Assembly (NCBI GenBank): GCA_043228905.1
Contig: JBHGNT010000034.1
Location: 62,001 to 126,000, forward strand
Reading direction: 5' to 3'
Length of the DNA stretch: 64,000 nt
Source of the DNA: Azolla caroliniana
Taxonomy: Eukaryota > Plantae > Polypodiophyta
The translations under genes were made by a program, and so were the position numbers. Within the stretch, counting starts at the first letter, position 1. Every line of letters starts with the position of its first letter. The notes under the pieces are model-generated. The model was not told the origin of the DNA, ran no database searches, and saw only the letters and a list, made by a program, of their open reading frames with translations. Shown in pieces: positions 1 to 14,494 of this stretch.

Positions 1-171
1 AAAGCTGCTATCTTGCTGAATGAATTGGAAGGATTGTGGAGCTATGGAGAGACTAATAAAACCCTATATGACCAAGCATCACAAGACAGAGCCAATTTGG
101 TACAACTACAATCTTGAGATTGTGCTTAGAGGGCTAGAGCCATACTAAAGAAATGAATGGCCACATTTCAG

Positions 172-3100
172 GTTCTTGCACAAGAAGAATTGGAAGTGTG
201 TACTGCTTCATTAGCAAAACTTCAGGCACAGATTGAAGAGGTAGTTGTAAAAATAGAGTACAATCGATTATCTATAAAAGGCTAGTTCTCTAGATGGAGA
301 TGATGAATTCATTTGCAATTTTTTTGAAGGAAAACTGTACTCGGAGGAAGGTCGAGGATGCACTCTCTAATTCCAAGAAGCGGCTGGTATATAATGTGTA
401 TAAGTAGATAAGTTGATGAGCTGTTATTTGTGGCAATGTTCTATACTCAATTCACATTTATTTTCTTGCAGGCTCATTATGTTGAGACCATTCAATCAGA
501 GCTGAAGCAACTGAATATAGCCAAAGCAAGCCTAAGACATGGTGTTGTTCAACTTTTGATGGAAAACAAGAGCTCCTTTATCACTTTACAGGAAGTATTG
601 AAGGAACTTGTGAACAAGGAAAAAACACAAAATATGGAGAATGAATGTGATATAATTGATGGTAAAGCTGCATCCGCCAATGGAGCTGTAACTACCAAGG
701 TTGGTGTGAATATGCAACGTATGCTGAGAATTTTCCCACATTTTAACTGGTAAAAGAATATTTTGTCCTCATTTGGTATTGAAAATTTATGTGAACAATA
801 AAGACTGGGCTAAAGCTATCTACTTGAAGGCTGAATCACATTATGTTGAAGTCTCAACAGGGCTAATATGACAGGCACTGGTTTTCCCACATTGAACCTG
901 TACTTTTCTCCTTGATATTTTTTAATATAGGTTTTCAAATTTCAGCAATTTGTCAACCACTGCATTTCACCAGTTTAGATTTTTCTTTATCTTTAAAAGA
1001 GAAAAAACATCATTACCTGTCACAGGAGTCGTAGGCCATGCTCATTTAACCCATTTGATCTAGAATGTCCAATAGCAGACATACTGAGGGGAAATCTCAA
1101 TTTTAGCTTCTAAATTTTTTTATATATCATCTGTGTATTTTTTATGAGATAGGGTTTAGGGTTTGAGGGCATGTCTTTTTGGCTTTTAATTTTTCTATAG
1201 ACAATCTGTCATATTTTTTATTGCACAAAACTATATGGATTTTTATCTTTCTTTAAAATGTGTTTTCTAATTGCTGTGTATGCATTTGAAGAAACAAGAA
1301 TATAAGTTTAATTTTGTGCCTGCTATAATGAAACAGTTTCTTAGAATGAAGATTATTGATGTATGTACTTCAGGTATTTTCTGAAACTTTGGTTATGCAA
1401 TTACTCAAACTAGTGAGAATATCCCTCATGGAACATGTCTAGTGAAAAAAAATTGAATTATTCTGTTACCCATTTTCATATATAAATCTATTGTGATATA
1501 CTGATATATATGTTGTAGTTATTTTGAACTGATCTGCCATATTTTCTTTTACGCTGAATTGGTATTCTTTTTTCTTCGGAAAAAGAAATGGGATTTTATA
1601 TGAAAATGTTATATTCGACAGGAAAAAGACAGTGAATTCAATAAACGGGGACCCAAGCATGGGTGAAGCTTCATGCATCATAGTAGTTCAGAAACAATGT
1701 AGGATATGCATGATACCTTTGTGCAGATACTAATAACTAAATAATCGGTTTGATGGATTTTGTAGGAAAAGGAATACAGTGATGATGTTAAGTTAACAAA
1801 TGAAAATGAAGAAGCGTTGACCCAGGCATTACATGGAAAGGTCATAATTTTCTACCCATCTTTTTATCTTGTGAAAATTTATGTTGTTACCATTATTTAG
1901 TTCATTGTATGATTTCCAATGTGAGTGTCACTTAATTTCTTTTGATATCTGCAGGAAAATTAGTTTCTAATGATGATAAAAAGCAAAATTTATCTTGTCT
2001 TCTAAGCCGACCTAACATGTTTGGCAAACGTTCTTTATACCATTACCATACAATACAGGTTGCTGCTCTATTGCTGCTTTCTCAGCAAGAGGAACAAAAT
2101 CTTTTGGTGGCAGATAACATACTGGCTCTTCAAACTGAAATCTCCTCTTATAAGAATGAGCTCATGCAGGTAAGTGCAAATTGCAACGTTTTCCGGGTCA
2201 TGGAATATGACATCATCCGATCTAATTACCTTTATTTCATGGTATAGGTCACAAGTGAAAAAGTGCAGGCCCTTTTGGAACTGGCCTGGTTACAAAGAGA
2301 ATTCTTGAAGCTACAGGAGTAAGACAAACACTCTCTGTTTCCCTATCAGAAATATTTTCATTTAACAATCCCATCTTCTAATGATATTTTGGAATAGGAC
2401 TTCCAAACTACGACCAGACAATATCCGGAGGCTCTCCAGTGGGCAGTGGAGTCCAGTTTCAGATCATGGGGTCTTTTTTGAGGATGATGACAACTTGATA
2501 TCTTTTACTTCCGAGAGCCCAAGGGAACCTCAGTCTCAAGTTTACCTAAAGAATTTATGGACAAGGAGCAGTCCTGATTTGGTTAACCGGACAAAGAGTC
2601 TTAGTAGCATCCTTTCTTTCAGCAGAAATAAAGAGACTGATGTTGGGGGCATTCACAGGTGAGTGATAATGGGGAGCCAGGTTCTTTTACTGATACTTTT
2701 TGGTCTTCATAACAACATATTATTGTTTGCAAGATTGCGTGCTGAGAATGCTTCTCTGCGAGATAGTTTAAGGGGCATCCGTCACCTGTGCCAATCAGCA
2801 AATCGCCTTCGTTTAACAATAGCAAGGGTATACACAAGAAACACTTCTACAAAAAGATTCTAATTATGATTTTATTCTATAGTTGATGACAATTATCATA
2901 TAAATTTTTGTTCTGTAAATTTTTTAATGATGATTGGTGTATGACTTCTCTTGCAAAGATAGGTCTGAAAATTTTCCAATGGATTTTCTATTATACATTT
3001 CAGATTGCAGCTGAATCAGTTGCGCAAACTGAGAGTTCAATTCAACTTGCAGTAGAAGCTGTAGATGGTGTCATTTCTGAAGCATTGCATCTAAAAGTTG

Positions 3101-3309
3101 CTTTGCATAGCTCCTTACCTGTTGATGATCTTGGATGGAATAGCATTGGCTCTCCTTTATTAGGACGAAGTGAATTTGGTGATAGAGAGTTTTTCGATGG
3201 ACAGATGGGTGATGATCTTGATATTGTTTCCTTTTTCGGAGTGGAGATTGTTCGATTGGTGCTCTTAGCTGCTCAGTTACAGAAAAGATTCTTAGGCCAA
3301 AATGTGTAA
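172..3309 (+). CDS. Coiled-coil 'myosin heavy chain-related' plant protein, 3' portion (5' exons lie upstream of the window)
   Basis: In-frame GT-AG exons 172-240, 330-386, 472-699, 1766-1840, 2059-2169, 2248-2318, 2398-2658, 2734-2827, 3004-3309 (TAA). Spliced motifs ALTQALHGKVAALLLLSQQEE and VTSEKVQALLELA resemble, from memory, an Arabidopsis myosin-heavy-chain-related protein (MEE13-like). The family name is tentative. Confidence 0.8.
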
Positions 3310-4508
3310 CACTACAAGGAACCATCTTGTACTTTAATCCGTCTCGTTATTGATAGCAAGCCCTGTACATATGTAATTGAAGCCCATTGAGAACTGATTG
3401 TTTATGATCAATGGGCTGAGGATTCTGCTTGGATGATAAAGTTTAAGCATGTGGCTTACTTTGTAATTGGTATGTAGTATTGCCTTCCAATGTATGGATG
3501 TACTTTGGGAAATTTCCAGTAGGTATACAAATATATCAAGTGGGTGCATAAGCATAATATGAATGTCTATCTCACTAGAATCACTCATCAGGCTAAAATG
3601 ATGAGATGCATGTCTATCTACTCGGTCATCAGGCTAACACAATGACATGCGCTGGTGGAGCTGATGCCTTTGTAATAGCCTTTCCCTCTCTCCTGGTGTT
3701 ATGAGAGGTGACTATATGATCATTTGTCAGAAAATAATATTGAAATCCTCCCCTTCTCTCTGTGCAATCGTTCCTTATCTATTTGCACAACCATCCGTTG
3801 TCTTTGACTGTAGTTGACCACACAAATCAATGTTGCCATAAAATTGACTCTTTGTAGCCATTCATGCAACTGAGATCATAATCAAATGATTTCATCCATC
3901 GATCAACCCAAATGAGTCAAAGCGTTCACATCCATGTATTTATCATTGCTTGTTGGCTTTTCATTAAAGAACTTGGTTGAATGGGCGTTTTCATGTTATA
4001 ATAAGAGTTTATTAGAGAGTCAAAATTTTCTTCATACCTCTCATTGCATTGAGTATTGATTAGACAGTAAATTGTATGTCACTATAAGGAGCGGAGAACA
4101 TGATTTCCATATCTGCTGTTATTAAAGGTATGTGAAAAATTGCAACCCCAGGCAAGGGCAAATAATCATATATAAGTTTACAACAAAAACTTGCGGTATC
4201 ACACAACTACCCACCCAGAAAAACCTTGCCAATCACAAGACAGTGGAAACACTAAATTAAACCATGTACAACACCATCTAACTGAGCTTCCAGATGACAT
4301 CACGTTAGATAGATATGTTAATGTCTGTGGACGCACAAAAATATATAATACAGGCTTCCAGGGCAGTGGCTCAACATTTCAGGCTTGTCCAATGATATGT
4401 GCAACAGAAAAAGCTCCCACCAAGTGGCATATATATACAGTTTTTGAAGTGTGGCACCAGTTAGTGGGGGAATAGATGGGATAAGGACTGCAGCTGTTTA
4501 CCCCAGAT

Positions 4509-7500
4509 CTACTGAACACCTGCAGCTTCTGCTGCACGTTGTCTTATCATTTCATTCACAGCTGCTCTTCGTCGGGATTCTTGTTGCAGCTGAGTTCGCT
4601 TAAGGTGCTTCCTTATGTCCCTGAAAGAAATACAGCACTTAACAGTCAGCGAGAATTCTCACAAATAAAAAGTGTAGATGTCCAAAACTATTTTGTTTGG
4701 GTGCTTACATGCATCGAGGCACATTGCAGTCTGTTTCTTTGCATCCTCGAGCATGTGCAGTTAGAAGGAACCACATCCGCTTGCAGAAGGCACAACCACC
4801 AGCAACCCTCTTTGTGCACGAATGACCATGCCGGAACAAATCCTTAATATTCCGACATTTTGCATATTGACATGATGCCTCATTGCATTTCGATGCATGC
4901 ACAAGAACTTCTAGCATCATCCTTACCTACAATTTTGCAAAAAAATTTAAAATATCTGGTAAAAATTTAAAATATCTGGTTATATAATCAAAATAACATG
5001 CATAGATATTTTCTGCTAATCTCTTTGTTTGCATTAATCCAATTTTACAAATGAACAATATAGGGCCCAAAAGAGCACCTGTAGCACACGCTGTTTTCTA
5101 TCATATGCACTTGGATCTGTTGCACTTGAACGCGCAACAAACTTATGTGGATGTTTTCGAACTTCTTGGCTTGAATGATGACAAGAATGACAGATGTCGA
5201 AATCGGTACAAATTTTGCACTTGTAACCCTGCCCTTCCTCAAGTTCACTATGACATATGGTGCATGACGTAATGAATGCAGGTGCATTAGGGTTATGGAT
5301 GTGATATAGAACCATCATTGAAGAGTGTTTAGCTCGACGCAGAGTATCAAACTGGTATTGATTCCCTTGACAAAGGCTAAGAAAAGCTTGCCTATTGTCA
5401 AAAAACTCACTTTCCATTATCTCATCTTCGTCCATAGAATCAACAGGTATATCATCCACTTCCTCCTGCAGATATACCCACATCAGTGCCCTTTCAAATC
5501 ACAAATAAAACATTTTTGTCATTTTCATTTAAAATAAGTTACATCAAATTTATATGAATACCAATAGAAGTAATAATAGAAAGCTATCTAATTTCATAAC
5601 TAAGATTTGACATCTATGTCAGACAATTCTTAGCTCTATCATATCAATCCTGGGGCATACTTAAAATAGCGCACTAAAATAACATCTCTTTTGGACAAAC
5701 TTAGCTGTGTAACAAAGAATATTTATATTATCAATATTTTTATCAAATTCTAAGTAAAAAGAACGAGAGATTTTTCAGAAATTTGGTGATACCATTGATA
5801 AACAATGCCATTCTTTCTTTCCTGCGGGATGTTTATCCTCATCTTCTAGCCACTGATGTTCTTCATGGCAACTACACAGTCAAGCTCATATTATATCTTT
5901 TGAACAATATTTGCTCACACAAACTGCAGGATAATGCTATTCACCTGCTACACAGCTGAAAGTTGCCAGCACATTGTTGGCAAACCCATCGTAGACCTGA
6001 GTAAATGAAGTTTCTGCAACGGGAGCACGCATGATGAAGATGAACAATCATAAAATCTTCTTTCATTGCTACAATGGATTGCCCAAGCTGTTATAAAAAA
6101 TGTGTTAGACCAAATATGACTGAAAAGAAAGTTTAGTGCATTATCCAATATGGAGACATGAGCAAAGGACCTTATGCATAAGTTGCATATCCATCGAGAT
6201 ATTTCCTCCAAGTTCTGCATGTGCTGAAGTTTTTGTTGTCCTTTTTGGTGTTAACTTCTTTGTCTTGCCCTTTCTCTGAGACTGATGGCTTCCATCATCT
6301 TGTTGAAGTTGATGCAGTAGGTCTTCAGCCGCACCAGGCCAATAATCTCCATCAAAGTAAGGCAGACGTGTAGCAGTTACCTTGGCTTTACAATCACCAG
6401 TTACAGTAAAAAAATAGTCATACAAATTCTTGTTAGAGACCACTATCTTTTCCGTCTTTGCTTTTGATATCATGCTCAAATACCTGTAAATGAGTTAATC
6501 AGAAACGAAACTAGCATGCATATAATACATTTTCTTAAGAAAGAAAAACTTACCATTCTCGAAGCTTATCTGTCTTTGGTGTTTTTTGTATCTCTGGATG
6601 GCAATATAGTATATAATCATCCCCTTTCAAGGGTGGGCATGCCCAAATATAGCAGCTACTAAATCCTCTCTTTTTACAGTAATCAAGATATGCAATCTGT
6701 AAACCACGATATAAATTTGCCAAATGTAACTTACAACTCATGATTGTAATTAGTTCCAACACCAATTAATATTAGGTTATGCACATACACAATAATGAAA
6801 GAAAACATGTGTAACCCCAGAAAGAATTTGAAATACATTTTACCAGTATCTCATGATAAACATATGTCCGAAGAGCTTCTCCTCTAACAGTTTTCACATC
6901 AGGCCTGAAATACTTCACAGAGTCCAAATATGATAGATACACCCACCGATGATTTGGCTGGGGACTCTCTGCTCCAAACTCCTGAACATACATGCCAAAT
7001 AAGCAGACTTCCACGCCTTCTATCTCTTGGAAAAGCATTAGCATCTGCCATATGCACCAGCTAATGTGAGAATCTAACAAAAAAACTCAGAGAAAAATAC
7101 ATTAATATAAAACCATCAGCATTAAACCTTGGATTTATATGAGAAATCTTTTGGGTAGTTTCCCTCCTGAAATAACTCCAGAAACTTTGGCTTCACCTCC
7201 AATTTCTTGTCTATAGATGATAGGACCCTGACTACAAGACCTTCAGCTGCAGGAACCTATAACCATGCATATTGCATCATTGATTTTAGCTCCATGACAC
7301 AACATTCCATTTAGCAGAAAAAGGGATTTGTAGCAAATACATTAAGCTTGAAAATAAATACATACAAAACCACCTTCTTCAACTCCAACTGAGTAGACAA
7401 AACAAGAACCCACAAGAAGAAGGTGCAATATAAATTTGAACCAGCTAAAGAAAGCACAGAGAACGCATATAACAAAAAACTCAATTATTCAAGAATGAGT

Positions 7501-10500
7501 CTCGAGTACCTCTTCAATATTTTTGCCAAATGCTTTTGCTCGTTCAACTCTCTCCTGTTTCAGTTTTAAAGCCAACCTTTGTTGAATATAGTCACTCAAG
7601 ATTGTTCCAGGCAAGTCTTTAGCACCAGGTATAGAATTTGCAGGTCTGGGCATCCTTTCGGCCGTCTCCATTTCCCTTATACAGCATTCTGGACAAACAT
7701 ATTCTGACCTTTCTTTGTTCATACGAGCATTGAATAGTACACATACTTGATGTTGCCACTTCTTGCATTTGTCACATTCAACCCACTGGTACAGCAAGCT
7801 CTCATGATTAACAGAATCCATTTAAAAGATTAATTAAATTAGAAATACCCTGGTTCAATTAGATACACCAAGGCCCAAACTGAATGCATTCTAACTTAAG
7901 GTGCATGGACAGTCTAAGCATGCATAATCACAAGTTATATGTGCAGATATCAAATTAGCAGAAAGACATCAATAAACATTCGCCAATCCCCAAACACAAA
8001 AGTAAAGTTCGGCATATGATTAACAAACCATGCTTCTATTACATCTTAGAATATGAATAAAATATTTGTTCATGATATCAAAAGGAATTATAACAGTAGA
8101 CAGTCATCTCAATGGGCTCACCCCTTCTGCTCGCTGTTCATCATTCTTCTTCTTGATGAGCATGGACTTTTGAAACTTGGAACCATAAGTCTCCACTGTG
8201 TCGTTTCGAATGGCATTGTAGCAAGGTCCACAAAAGCTTAGGCTGTTCTCCCCAGCGCCTGTATTGTAATATGTAGCATTCCTCTTTATGCGGCACCCAC
8301 ACTGTGTGCAGAAATTTGGAATCGGATCAAAATATAAGTCTTCAACAGCACAAGCTGAGCACGCTGATGTTGACATCTGATGTTGCAAGGCTTGATTTTT
8401 CTCTACTTTAAATCTGCTCTGCTAGACATTCAGAATAGAATATAAGTATCCTGTCTCACCAATGAAAAAAAACACATTTAGTCAACAAAGCATGCTTATT
8501 AACAAGAATACTTTGCCAGTCCATTTGCGCAGACTTGCAATATGCTGTCTGATTTGTTCTGGATAGAAATGTTCAATATATGAAATTCCAGATATTTTGG
8601 CCTTCAGGGGCTTGGTTGAATCAGAAGGGCCGTTCAAGGGTACAAGAGTAGAGATAACCGAAGTCTGCTTGTTATTCTTCACAGAAAGCCGCATGGAAAG
8701 TGAACCTGCCACCAGAACAGTAGCATCTTTGCTTATTGGATTGGACTCAGATCTCATGTCCTTCAGGGTACAAATCTTGTTTACTTGTGATCCTTCACTT
8801 ACAGAAGATTCAATAGGAGACTCAACTTTTTGAGAGGGCAACCCAACCTCCTTTTCTAAGGTTTCACCAACAGCAGTTAACAACTTACATTCATCCTCTG
8901 CCAATTTTGGAGGTGAAGGTGTAATTTGGCACTTGGACCCATCTTGGTTATCCTTTGCATTGGTTAACTTTGGCTGTTCAGTTGCTAGAGCTGTATTTGG
9001 GTTCACCGCTTCTACTTTCATCTTCTTCAATGAAGGTGGTGAATCCACTTCATGGGAGGCAAATTCTATTACAGCGTTCATAGCTTGTTTACTCTTCTGC
9101 ATTTTACTTCGCACTGCTGCTGCTTGATGTGAAAAGTAAATTCTTACAGGACCACATACTTTGCATTTGGACACCCTACACTTTTGATGATGACCAAGTA
9201 GCGACTTTAGCATCATGCACCTTGGATAAGAACATGGATAATTATGGCAAGTTATAAGGTGCTTCCATACCTCGCGTCCCACTGCACAATTAACTACGTT
9301 ACAATGACTTGAGTCTGTGCACCTACTCACATGTCTCAAGAAGATGAGTAACCACTGGTGCTTTTTCACTTGTTGTGACGGGAACAAGTTGGCTACCCCC
9401 TTGATTTGGCTAGGTGCTTCATCATTGCTAACTACTTCAGATTGTCCTGTGTCTGCACTGCTAGCTTGGCGAATGTTTTCATTGTGTTCTACATGTTCAA
9501 CAACTTCTAGTGCATGATCATGACATGAACACAAATCCCGCTCCTTACAACATAGATCGACCTTTTTTTCAGTACACCCTTCCATAAATTCTATGTTAGA
9601 ATTTCCTTCAAAACCTTGTGATGACTTTTGAAGAAGATCTTTTCTTAGCTCATGCTGTTCTTGTGAGGGCCCGAAAGAAACTGTATGAGGTATGCTTTCA
9701 ACAGGACTGGGTTGGTTCCAATTAACTCCAGATTGCACGGGAAAGATGAGATTTTCAGCTGAAACACCACCACCATATGAACATTCTGAGACAAACGTTT
9801 TGGGGGCCTTTAGATCTTGGTGTTGAGAGTGCATATCAAGCTTTGAATTTTCTTGTGCTATAGATACAGCGCTCGACGAACATGTTGTGACCCCTGTTGA
9901 AAGGGTAGGATTGTGGGGGTTATTTTCTACCAGGATATTTGTAGATGTTGCATAACCATCAGAAGGGGTAGGCCCTGCAAGCAGAAAAACATCTCCTTGA
10001 GAACACATGAAGATGAGTTTGACAGCAGCAGGATTTTCATACAGGCATTGTCAGCATATAAACCTCTTACCACATGGCTGTTGTTGAAGATCCGTAGGAT
10101 GGGTTTGCATACGTATTGGTGAGCTGAAAACAAAGGAATCTTTCACAAAACCTTGTTCCTGCCCAACATTGTGAATACCACTCAATGCTGCCATGTTTCC
10201 TAGCTGGTAATTTTTTCTGGGGAAATCACTTGTCGTTATGACTTTCCCTGTAAGTTGATGAAGATCAGGCCCTATGGTACAAAATGGATCGCTTGATACA
10301 TCTGACAGTGGATCATTAACAGCCATCTCTACAGAATTTGAGTTATTCAACCCAGGTGTTGGAATCATCCAACTTCCACCATTTTGAAAGCCTGGAATCA
10401 ATTTACATTGCCCTCTACTAGATCCTGACCCATAGGCACCCAAAGGAGTTTGTGTCACAGGCAATGCCAACTGAGTACCAAAGTTCATTGCCGGAACACC

Positions 10501-11186
10501 ACTCTGGACCTGTGAAAAGGGTGTTGAAGCATTGACCGTGTTTGAACCTGGGGCCAAGGTATCTCTGATGCTTCCATGGAAGTAGCTGGGCTTAGAGGAC
10601 GTGTATGCCAATTGAGCTGATTGAGCAGAATTCAGATTTTTTGTCAACCAGGAAATGAAAGAACGAATCCTGTGTTCTAATGTACTCAAATCTCCATATT
10701 CTTCCTGCACAGTACTCAGGAATAACATCTTATATCAGATGTGTCATTGACGATGAAAAGAAAACGCATGCGTATTTATGTTTAATTATTGAGAGAAGTG
10801 GTATACCTTTGAGGTGGCATCTGAGTACAATGTCATCTCCATATCTTTAGCAATATCAAACATTTTCTCTAGTCCATGTCTCTGCAGTACTCTCATACTA
10901 TGGACAAGTCACAAACATGAACAGAGAAATTCATTAGATTTAGAACTAACCGTAAAGAATAGAAACTGCAGCATGAAGGATACCAGTAGGAGAAGTACTA
11001 TTTAGGGAAGAGACGAAAAAATTGAACTTACATTAGGGAGAGAATCTCCCGTCGAAGGTTTACATCATCAGCTTTGTGCCAAGGCATCAGTCGGGGAGCC
11101 AATCCTTTCATAGGATGAGACAGATTGCCCATCATCAGTGGCGGTGTCTGACAATGTTGCCCAGACACCTGGGAATAGATTTGCAT
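4509..11186 (-). CDS. HAC1: p300/CBP-family histone acetyltransferase (HAC1/HAC12-like), about 1546 aa
   Basis: 15 phase-consistent coding exons: 11186-11032, 10897-10807, 10704-10071, 9974-8512, 8418-8122, 7785-7510, 7256-7128, 7044-6844, 6696-6554, 6483-6171, 6087-5945, 5871-5793, 5465-5079, 4926-4709, 4620-4509 (TAG). Domains: KIX-like N-terminus, TAZ (FLRHVSRC...HHQKC), PHD ([15 protein letters not shown]), HAT ([41 protein letters not shown]), two ZZ fingers, C-terminal TAZ. The start ATG at 11186 is the least certain element. Confidence 0.95.
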
Positions 11187-12816
11187 GTTGTATTGTCACA
11201 GAGAGGTATCCCAACTATTCTGACATCACCCTTTCTTATCAGTTTTCATTCATTATGGCATGAAAACAGTATGAGCATTAATATTTTCCTGTATAAAACA
11301 TTTAAACTATGTCTTTAAGTACATAGAACTTGGAATCCTAAATAGTCGATAAAATAACATGCACAATAGGAATATGAAAGTGCAGTTGTTAAGGGGCCAA
11401 TTTGACCCACAAAAAGACTCAATAATTCAACCTGTCCACGAGAAATTGGAGGATGCCAAAATAAAAGGAGGATCAAATAAAGTGTGTAGAACAATTCCTG
11501 CTAATAGGGGCTACTCATGAAACCTTACCTCCCTAGTCAAAACATAAGTTTCAACATAGAGAGATAGATGCATGAAGGTATATTTTTCTTCATACAAGAG
11601 ATGCAGAAATGGGGAACTAAACTACATAGGGTCGAAAATTGAAAATTTCAATAGAAATCAAAATTCAAGTAGGAAATGTTCTATTATAAACAAAGGTTTC
11701 ATAGAACCATGCTTAATATTGATTGGGTAATGTTTAATTAGCATAGACTCTAGAAACTTTCTCGTAGCCCCTGCTACATTCCATCAAATCAAGTTGCCCT
11801 AGATAACTAGGAAATAGTGGAGACTTCCTTACTTTCATTACATTAATGTCTATAAGCAACACATACACCCATAGTCAAGGTCAATTTGTTGATGTCCTAT
11901 CCACTTGTATGCAAGAAAGTAAGCGGATTCATCTAAATCATCGAGTAACATGAGCATAAGTTAGTTAATCGCCACTATTATTACGCAGCGGAGTAATCCA
12001 CTTTTGTGATCTTTGTACATTACAGAGAGAACCATGATGTCTGGCTACACACGTACCCAATGTGCTATTAAAAATTTACATGTGCAAGAGTTGTGCACCG
12101 CTCCATAGAATATATTGTCACTGACTCCACATTGTACTGAAATGATAGCTCAATGACTTCCCTACATTCCTACATTTGATTTAGTAGATAAGAAAATTCC
12201 GAGATGAACAGTCATACCCATATTCAGATTCTGATAAATTAAGGGGTCAGTTGTATCCACGTGTTACAGAGTTTAAAAACACAGTTGCATTCTGTTCCCA
12301 AAAAACAGCAGTAACCTTTGGAATATTCCAAATGCAATCTAGTTACAGATTCCACTTCAGTCAAATTGTCACTGTTCTTCATTGTGAATTAGTGATAGTA
12401 ATCAAAATTATATCGCTGCTACTGCCATGTGCTCGTGATATCCACAAAATTCTTCATTATTGAATTGATCATTGACAGCAAGTGAAATACCGCTTCTGCC
12501 ATGTACTTGTGTCCACAAAATTTGGACTTCTTGATCCTTGAGAATTCGTCATCAGAGGGGTTCAACAGCAAATGCCTGGCTAATCACATACTCTAACGTG
12601 TGCAAATAGCGTACCGATGGGAGAGACGATACAGAATTTATTTCCAAAATGAATATTTATATGATGGTATGTGTGTCTTTTGAATAAAGGTAGAAATAGG
12701 TAATCTCGTAGAATACAAAGAAAAAAACTCAAACATTCGTACGATCGTTCAAAAAGAATCAAATTCAGGGCAAAACACACACAGAAAAAAAAGAGAGAAG
12801 AAAAGGGTGGACATAC

Positions 12817-13070
12817 CTAATCTGATGATAGATATCTGATTTTTCCCTATGCGCAAAGCGATTGAATGATGGGTCGGTATGGTATGATGCAGAGGAGAAA
12901 TCGGGGGCTAAATAGGGGAAAGGCAGAAGATCGCCATGGTTGCAGCGTAGCGTGCTTCACGGAATTGTATACAGTCGAAAGAGGGTCGATGGAAAAAGAA
13001 AAGAAAGGGGAAGGGGGTTGGGGGGGAGAGAGAGAGAGAGAGAGAGAGAGAGAAGCTTTCTTTTAGCTCA
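12817..13070 (-). promoter_or_regulatory. Probable non-coding first exon / 5' UTR of the HAC gene with a (CT)n tract
   Basis: Minus-strand donor AG|GTATGT at 12816. (GA)n at about 13026-13052 reads as (CT)n on the gene strand, typical of plant 5' UTRs. A candidate acceptor lies at 11289-11291. Confidence 0.5.
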
Positions 13071-14038
13071 TAACATATGCTCAATTGGTTCTCTTTAGTG
13101 TGTATCCAAAATGGTGGTGGTGAATGTTGTTGTGGGTGCTCATCGAATGAGCAGTGAGTGGCTCTCTCCGAAGCGGGGCATGGGTATGCGGAGTACAATG
13201 CATGCATCGGGATGTCGTATATCGGTGGTATCTGTGCATGGGACTCTGATCAATATGATGCATGCATGTATGTGTATGGGAGGCATGTGACTCCACTACT
13301 ATTTGATTCTAAGGAAAGTTGATGCCGAAGAACCCAACACGAGAGAAATAAAGAGGCTATGGATAAATAATTATATCGATGTCAAATATGGTGTAGAAAA
13401 CAAGACAAGCTACCTAGCACCCCCTCTTATGGAAAGAGGCTCCATGTTTCAGCTATCAAGAACCCTCCAATCTCCAAGACCCTCGTATGCAAACAACTAG
13501 GAGAGAAGTGAGGATATCCGTCGTAAGTAGCAATCTACCGTGAAGGCTTTCGTTCGCACCTGTTACTCGTTACCTCTCTTAGCGTGACATGTACTCGACC
13601 AATACCTAACCATGAGACAAGGACCAACACAACAATCATATAATCTATTGTTACTAGTAGGGGGAAAGGATTTGCTTATACCGCTAAACTAGCATGATTA
13701 ACATGTTGATTAAACAAGGATAACATGTGATGTGCACAAAGGAAAAACAAATTTATGGATGCTAAACGTAGTTGACATTCTTAGTTTTCATACATACTAT
13801 GATATGCCCTTTGGGCAGCTTTTACATTTGTTTCCTCAAACTGTTATCCAACTATTTTGCTTTGATTACATATTCGTTGGTTTAATTAACTAGCAATTGC
13901 TATCATCCTAATTGACTGCTATGTTTACTTTGAGAATATCTATCATTCCTATTTTACACCTCGCATCATACATTATAGCCTTCTAATTGTGTTTACAACC
14001 ACTAGATGACCAACAATATACATCGTCACTAATGTATT

Positions 14039-14494
14039 TGTTGTCCAGAGGACAGAAATGTAAAATGAGGGAATTAGCAAACGCCGAGTCCGAGTATCAC
14101 GGGCCACCGACGGCTCGGTTGTGTATTAGGGGAAAAGTTATTTAAACGAGGACCAGTACCTCGGAGAAGGGGAGAAGAAAAATATAGGCGGAAGCACTAG
14201 CTTAGTCCCTCTTAACTAGATAAACTTGTAAGGTCACCGGCCATAGGCCGTGTTCTGTAATCTTTTTTGTCACAGTAATATATCTGATTTGTGCCCAATT
14301 TGCTCCATGAGTCTGTGCTTTGATCCATACCTATGAGTTCAACGCCGCCCACGCCTATCAAGACCTCGCTAGTGTTTTCTCTCTGAGCCCTGTCTCTCTC
14401 TCGACGCCTTTGTTACGAGCCTTCACGTACCACGCCCTTGAATACCGATAGCCGCAGATCTATCGAAGGTGTTCACCCAAAGGAACGGGTAACA
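14039..14494. mobile_element. Solo LTR, 456 bp
   Basis: Starts TGTTGTCC and ends GGGTAACA (imperfect inverted termini, TG...CA). Flanked by an exact 5-bp TSD GTATT (14034-14038 and 14495-14499). Confidence 0.85.

Noticed and set aside
1150-1169. TTTAGGG telomere-like repeats
   Set aside because: Only two to three imperfect units. Such telo-box-sized matches are common in plant genes.
10051-10053. Apparent premature stop in HAC between two same-frame ORFs
   Set aside because: It lies inside a 96-bp GT-AG intron (9975-10070), so the gene is intact.
13380-13589. TGTCA...TGACA bounded segment as a solo LTR
   Set aside because: The flanks (ATCGA / TGTAC) do not form a TSD.
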